In this document: positions 60,363 through 64,000 of the stretch, one piece after another
How the letters are laid out: every line of letters begins with the position of its first letter
Position numbering within the stretch: the stretch's first letter is position 1
From: an uncultured Gemmatimonadales bacterium
Lineage (GTDB): Bacteria; Gemmatimonadota; Gemmatimonadetes; Longimicrobiales; Gaopeijiaceae
Direction: 5' to 3'
NCBI GenBank assembly: GCA_963809895.1
Contig: CAWELD010000003.1
Location: 3,168,001-3,232,000 of the forward strand
DNA length: 64,000 bases
Made by a program: the position numbers and the translations under genes
Notes under the pieces: generated by a model
What the model was told of the DNA's origin: nothing
What the model saw: the letters and a program-made list of their open reading frames with translations, nothing else
Databases searched by the model: none

Positions 60363-60857
60363 ATGGAGGTAAGTAGAGCGAACTCGGCCGACCAACAGGT
60401 CGCAGAGGCCCTTCGCTGGATTAGCGAGATCTTCGATCGCATCGGCGCACAGTACCAAGTCGTGGGCGGACTCGCCGCGCGTGCGTATGGGGCGACTCGT
60501 CCCCTGATCGACCTCGACTTCTATGTCCGAGCCGAAGATCTGCCCCGAGTATTGGCTTGTGTGGGCGACTCATGTGTTTGGGGACCAGAGCATTTCAAGG
60601 ACGAGAACTGGGACCTGACGTTCGCCAAGCTCGAGAGGCGGGGAGTTCAGATTGAGTTGGCCGAAGCGGAAGGAGCTCGATACTACAGTCCGGGCACCGG
60701 TGAGTGGCTGGACCAGGACATCGCATTCCAGGACTCCGAGCGACACACGGTGCTTGGGGTGGAGATACAAGTGATGCGCAGGGGCCAGCTCGTCGCGTAC
60801 AAGCGAGCCTTGGATCGCCCGGTAGACAGGCTGGACCTCAGTGAGATAGCGGAATGA
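60363..60857 (+). CDS. Nucleotidyltransferase-fold protein
   Basis: VVGGLAA...DLDF, KRALDRPVD. Confidence 0.75.
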   Translation: MEVSRANSADQQVAEALRWISEIFDRIGAQYQVVGGLAARAYGATRPLIDLDFYVRAEDLPRVLACVGDSCVWGPEHFKDENWDLTFAKLERRGVQIELAEAEGARYYSPGTGEWLDQDIAFQDSERHTVLGVEIQVMRRGQLVAYKRALDRPVDRLDLSEIAE

Positions 60858-60931
60858 GCGTGGGGCGATGCCGAGGAAGTAGCCCGACTGAGAACCGGAT
60901 CCAACAGGCGGGTCGCCGACCATGCCACTGC

Positions 60932-61023
60932 GTATATCAAACGGGTACCGCCTTCGCTCACTACGTTCGCTCCAGAGAACACGGCTCGCGTTGCAGCCGC
61001 GTCGGTACCCCGACACGTTATCA
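60932..61023 (+). repeat. attC-like site 13 (family C, degenerate R'')
   Basis: GTATATC-aaacg-GGTACCG...CGGTACC-ccgacac-GTTATCA. Confidence 0.75.
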
Positions 61024-61113
61024 GACACACGAACAAGAAGGCGGAGTGGAGCCGGGGCGCGTTGGCGGGGTAGAAGGCCCATTGCGCTGCTCAGATTGCC
61101 ATGGAGGTCTCAA

Positions 61114-61344
61114 ATGCGAACCGGTGCCGAAGAGCTCGAATTGGCGGTTCTCTCTCTCCCGGCGGGAGATCGTGCTCGGTTGGCGAGACGCCTGATCGAG
61201 AGCCTTGATCAGGACCCCGAGATCGAAGCGGCTTGGGAGAAGGAAATCGCTCGACGGGTAGCCAAGATCGAGTCCGGCGACGCGACACTCGTTGCTGCGA
61301 AGGACGTGTTCTCGGAGGCGCGTCGCCTGATCGATGCGTCGTGA
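61114..61344 (+). CDS. Addiction module antitoxin component
   Basis: LSLPAGDRARLARRLIESLD...AWEKEIARR. Confidence 0.85.
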   Translation: MRTGAEELELAVLSLPAGDRARLARRLIESLDQDPEIEAAWEKEIARRVAKIESGDATLVAAKDVFSEARRLIDAS

Positions 61345-61631
61345 CCCTCCGGTTCGAAGCGGAAGCAGCTGAGGAGTTCTACCGCGCGATCCAGTACTAC
61401 GAGGGCCAGTCTCCAGGCCTCGGTGCGGAACTCCTCGCCGATCTCGAGCGCTTGGAAGGCCTGCTCATCGCGAATCCTGAGATGGGCAGTCCTGGTCCAA
61501 TACACACCCGCCGTGTGCTTCTCTCACGGTTTCCATTTGTTCTGGTCTACCGGCTCTTTGACGGTGAGCCGGTCGTCCTCGCCTTCGCTCATCAACGGAA
61601 GAAGCCAGGGTATTGGCTAGATCGGGTCTGA
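61341..61631 (+). CDS. ParE/RelE family toxin
   Basis: YYEGQSPGLG, RFPFVLVY, AHQRKKPGYW. Confidence 0.87.
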   Translation: MTLRFEAEAAEEFYRAIQYYEGQSPGLGAELLADLERLEGLLIANPEMGSPGPIHTRRVLLSRFPFVLVYRLFDGEPVVLAFAHQRKKPGYWLDRV

Positions 61632-61644
61632 GCGCTGTACCGGT

Positions 61645-61665
61645 CGGTACCCTGGAACGTTAAGC
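61645..61665 (+). repeat. Right half of a deleted attC-like site (family C)
   Basis: CGGTACC-ctggaac-GTTAAGC with no upstream TAAC. Confidence 0.65.
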
Positions 61666-61721
61666 GCCATGACGTGGACGGAGTGCAGGAGGCAGCATTC
61701 GTCTCGAAGGAGGAGGTGTGT

Positions 61722-61949
61722 GTGACCCGGCTCCAAGGTCAGTACTTAGCGTTCATCGCTGTCTATACCAAGATCAATGGCAAGGCGCCTGCGGAAGCTG
61801 ATTTGCAGAGGTACTTCAAGGTGACCCCACCGAGCGTCCACGATATGATTCTGCGGCTTGAAGCATCGGGATACGTACGCCGCACGCCGGGACGGGCGCG
61901 ATCGCTGGAGGTTCTCATACCAGAGGAGGAGGTGCCACAACTTGAATAG
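61722..61949 (+). CDS. Stand-alone LexA-like winged-helix DNA-binding protein
   Basis: QGQYLAFI...PAEADLQRYF...PPSVHDM...PGRARSL. Confidence 0.75.
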   Translation: MTRLQGQYLAFIAVYTKINGKAPAEADLQRYFKVTPPSVHDMILRLEASGYVRRTPGRARSLEVLIPEEEVPQLE

Positions 61950-62321
61950 TACCTGTCGGAGGTCGGCACGCATCCGATGGTGTGAAGGATGTGGTCTCGT
62001 GAGGTCCGACAAGAGCTTCAATCGGATAGGGCTCATTGGATAGGATCCGCATTCCCTTCGGGTCGAGAATCGACGTCCCGCTGGCTCAGAAGCATCGTGA
62101 GCTGATCCGTGAGCATACGTTCATCGATCCTGAGACTGAACGTGCCTTGAACCTGGCAGTCTCTGATGGGGCGAACCTCCTGGCCCGATTGAGAATGGAG
62201 GACCTCGACGATCTCATTAGGGGGATCCGTAGATAGGAAGGCGAGTTGGCTACAGTATGGATGGTGGGTGGAGGAGGTCGGCCCGTTCTCGTTACGGCTT
62301 ATCCATGGAAGGGGGAGACGC

Positions 62322-62546
62322 ATGAACGAACTAGACACGGTTGTGCTACGACGCGCTCTGCCGGACTTCGGTCTGGTGGAAGGTGATGTCGGAGCCATCG
62401 TCCATGTCCACGCCCCCGATGCATTCGAGGTTGAATTCGCGACCGGTGAGGGAACGACGCTGGCTGTCGTGACGCTCCGGGCAGCCGACCTGCGGCCGAT
62501 CGACGCTCACGAGTTGCTTCACGTCCGCACGGTCGCGCACGGCTGA
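62322..62546 (+). CDS. DUF4926 domain protein
   Basis: ELDTVVL...GDVGAIVHV...FEVEF. Confidence 0.82.
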   Translation: MNELDTVVLRRALPDFGLVEGDVGAIVHVHAPDAFEVEFATGEGTTLAVVTLRAADLRPIDAHELLHVRTVAHG

Positions 62547-62589
62547 CCCGGCGGATGTCGACGGTGGGACCTGCACGGACAGCGGCAGC

Positions 62590-62684
62590 AGCGAACTGAA
62601 AAGTTGCCGCCGCCGTTCGCTCACGCTCACTTCGGTGAAGCACGGCCCTGTTCGGGCCGCGCCGGCAACTCCGACACGTTAGAA
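62590..62684 (+). repeat. attC-like site 15 (family B)
   Basis: AGCGAAC...GTTGCCG...CGGCAAC-tccgacac-GTTAGAA. Confidence 0.82.
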
Positions 62685-62687
62685 GAA

Positions 62688-63173
62688 ATGGGCCGTGTCA
62701 CGGGCGAAGTCGAAGGAGTAGCGGTGTTGAACAGTGCATTTCGCCTTGCGACGGTTTCTCTTCTGATCGTATGCTTCGGAGCCAAAGGCACTCAACTCTC
62801 CTCGTTACCCGCCTGTTTCGACGTGACGTCCTCGCCCTGGAACCTGCGGGCCGATGAGGTGCCTCGTGCGGCCCGACTGACGCTGACTTCCGAGCCATTC
62901 TACTTCGAGCTCTACGGCCCCGATCCTCTCGGATTCCGCGCGACACTCTTCTTCGAAACCGGCGACTCTGCCTCCTTGGCCTGGCATCTCTCCGAGGGGA
63001 ACGACACTCTGTCCGCGTCGTTCGGGGTCCACGAGCGCTATGCCCTGATCGTGACTCCCGCCGGCGATCGGACTCTCGACGGCGAACTGCGGTGGGAAGA
63101 CGACGGCGGGGGAACCGCAGTGTCATCTGTGCTGCTCCATCCTGTGGGTTGCGCCGAGGTGGCTAGACGATGA
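62688..63173 (+). CDS. Cassette hypothetical secreted protein
   Basis: ORF filling cassette 16, N-terminal hydrophobic stretch. Confidence 0.55.
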   Translation: MGRVTGEVEGVAVLNSAFRLATVSLLIVCFGAKGTQLSSLPACFDVTSSPWNLRADEVPRAARLTLTSEPFYFELYGPDPLGFRATLFFETGDSASLAWHLSEGNDTLSASFGVHERYALIVTPAGDRTLDGELRWEDDGGGTAVSSVLLHPVGCAEVARR

Positions 63174-63259
63174 CGGTCAACGCCCGGCGGTCGAGGGAGA
63201 CCTGACTACCCAAGTTGAGGAGAGTCAGCGGTCAGCTTCGTCCGACCGCGGCCCACTCC

Positions 63260-63320
63260 TTCTAACAGGAAGGCTTCCGGCTCCGCGCCGCTGGCGCGGC
63301 CTCCGTCCCAACCGGCCTCC
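63260..63320 (+). repeat. Left part of attC-like site 16 (family A), interrupted by IS
   Basis: TTCTAAC-aggaa-GGCTTCCGGCTCC...CAACCGGCC then similarity ends. Confidence 0.8.
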
Positions 63321-64000
63321 ATGAGAAGGCCCGCCGTGTCAAGCTCGGTCGCATCATAGTTCGAGTCGTGCCCTCGCCGTGCCTCCATTCGCAGTCCTGG
63401 TCGGCCGCTCGGGCCTGCTGCATGCTGGTGTCCGTCCCTGCCGGGCGCTGCAATCCCTTTGACGGTCTTGAGAGACCTGGGCCGGTAGCGCAGTCACCCG
63501 GACAGGGCGTCGAGCGCGTCTCGTGTCGTGAAGCGACCTCGTGGTCGTCGGAACCTCCGAGTGTGATCGGTGCGATTCGTGTCGGTTCAGGGGATCAGGC
63601 GGCGACCTCCGCGCCGGCCTCCGGGACCTCCGTGTCGGCGTTGTGCAGCGGCTCGTAGACCTCACCCGTGACCCAGAGTCGGTGAAGGAGCACGGCCAGT
63701 TTGCGGGCAACCGCGATGATGGCCCTCCTCTTGGCCGCCGGCCCGCCTCGTTCCGCGAGCCGGAGTCCCCAGCGTCTCAGATCGGTGTCCGGTCCGAAGG
63801 GTCCGAGGACGTAGTGGGCCGACTGCACGAGGAGGGTGCGGAGCATCCGGTCGCCGGCCTTCGTGGTCGAGAGCTCCGGACTCGACTCGCCTGACTGGTG
63901 CCGTCGAGGCACAAGCCCCAGGTAGGGGCCCACAGCCCGGCTCGTGGAGAACCGATCCGGGCTCTCGAGCGTCAGCAGGTAGGTGAGCGCCGTGAGCGTT
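63321..64000 (-). mobile_element. Second IS110 family element (partial; right end approximate)
   Basis: Transposase C-terminus, about 270 bp non-coding tail, outward TTGACA at 63342-63337. Confidence 0.8.
63595..64000 (-). CDS. IS110 family transposase, C-terminal part
   Basis: YLGLVPRRHQSG, TKAGDRMLRTLLVQSA, AVARKLAVLLH. Confidence 0.9.
   Translation of the reverse strand, partial: TLTALTYLLTLESPDRFSTSRAVGPYLGLVPRRHQSGESSPELSTTKAGDRMLRTLLVQSAHYVLGPFGPDTDLRRWGLRLAERGGPAAKRRAIIAVARKLAVLLHRLWVTGEVYEPLHNADTEVPEAGAEVAA

Larger units (their letters stand above)
45152..64000 (+). mobile_element. Integron-like gene cassette array (about 16 cassettes, continues beyond window)
   Basis: Co-oriented short genes separated by R''(..TAAC)...R'(GTTA..) hairpins; most cassette starts are complementary to their own ends. 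Confidence 0.9.

Noticed and set aside
45152..63320. Repeats as a CRISPR array
   Set aside because: Repeats are 90-170 bp hairpins separated by whole genes; no cas genes and no regular short spacers

Overview
High-GC bacterial chromosome segment; the gene repertoire suggests Gemmatimonadota, which is an inference. Bases 1-43.2 kb are ordinary housekeeping genes: propeller lipoproteins, proline dehydrogenase, queE, peptidases, an alternative complex III cluster, MoxR-DUF58-transglutaminase, MscS, an ABC transporter, a luxE/luxC-like pair, Nramp, YpdA, YgfZ, a selenocysteine-containing selD and an APC permease. From 43.3 kb to the end lies an atypical integron-like system. A tyrosine recombinase lacking the IntI-specific I2 insertion but carrying an extra N-terminal HARP-like domain is followed, on the same strand, by an attI-like site (45152) and about 16 gene cassettes. 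The cassettes are bounded by 92-170 bp attC-like hairpins whose L boxes mostly pair perfectly. The array contains three copies of an ORF-less, covarying rod-structured cassette, two minimal 18-bp attI-derived junctions, defence and toxin-antitoxin cargo, and two IS110/IS1111 elements inserted in attC sites whose non-coding ends carry candidate guide sequences matching those sites.
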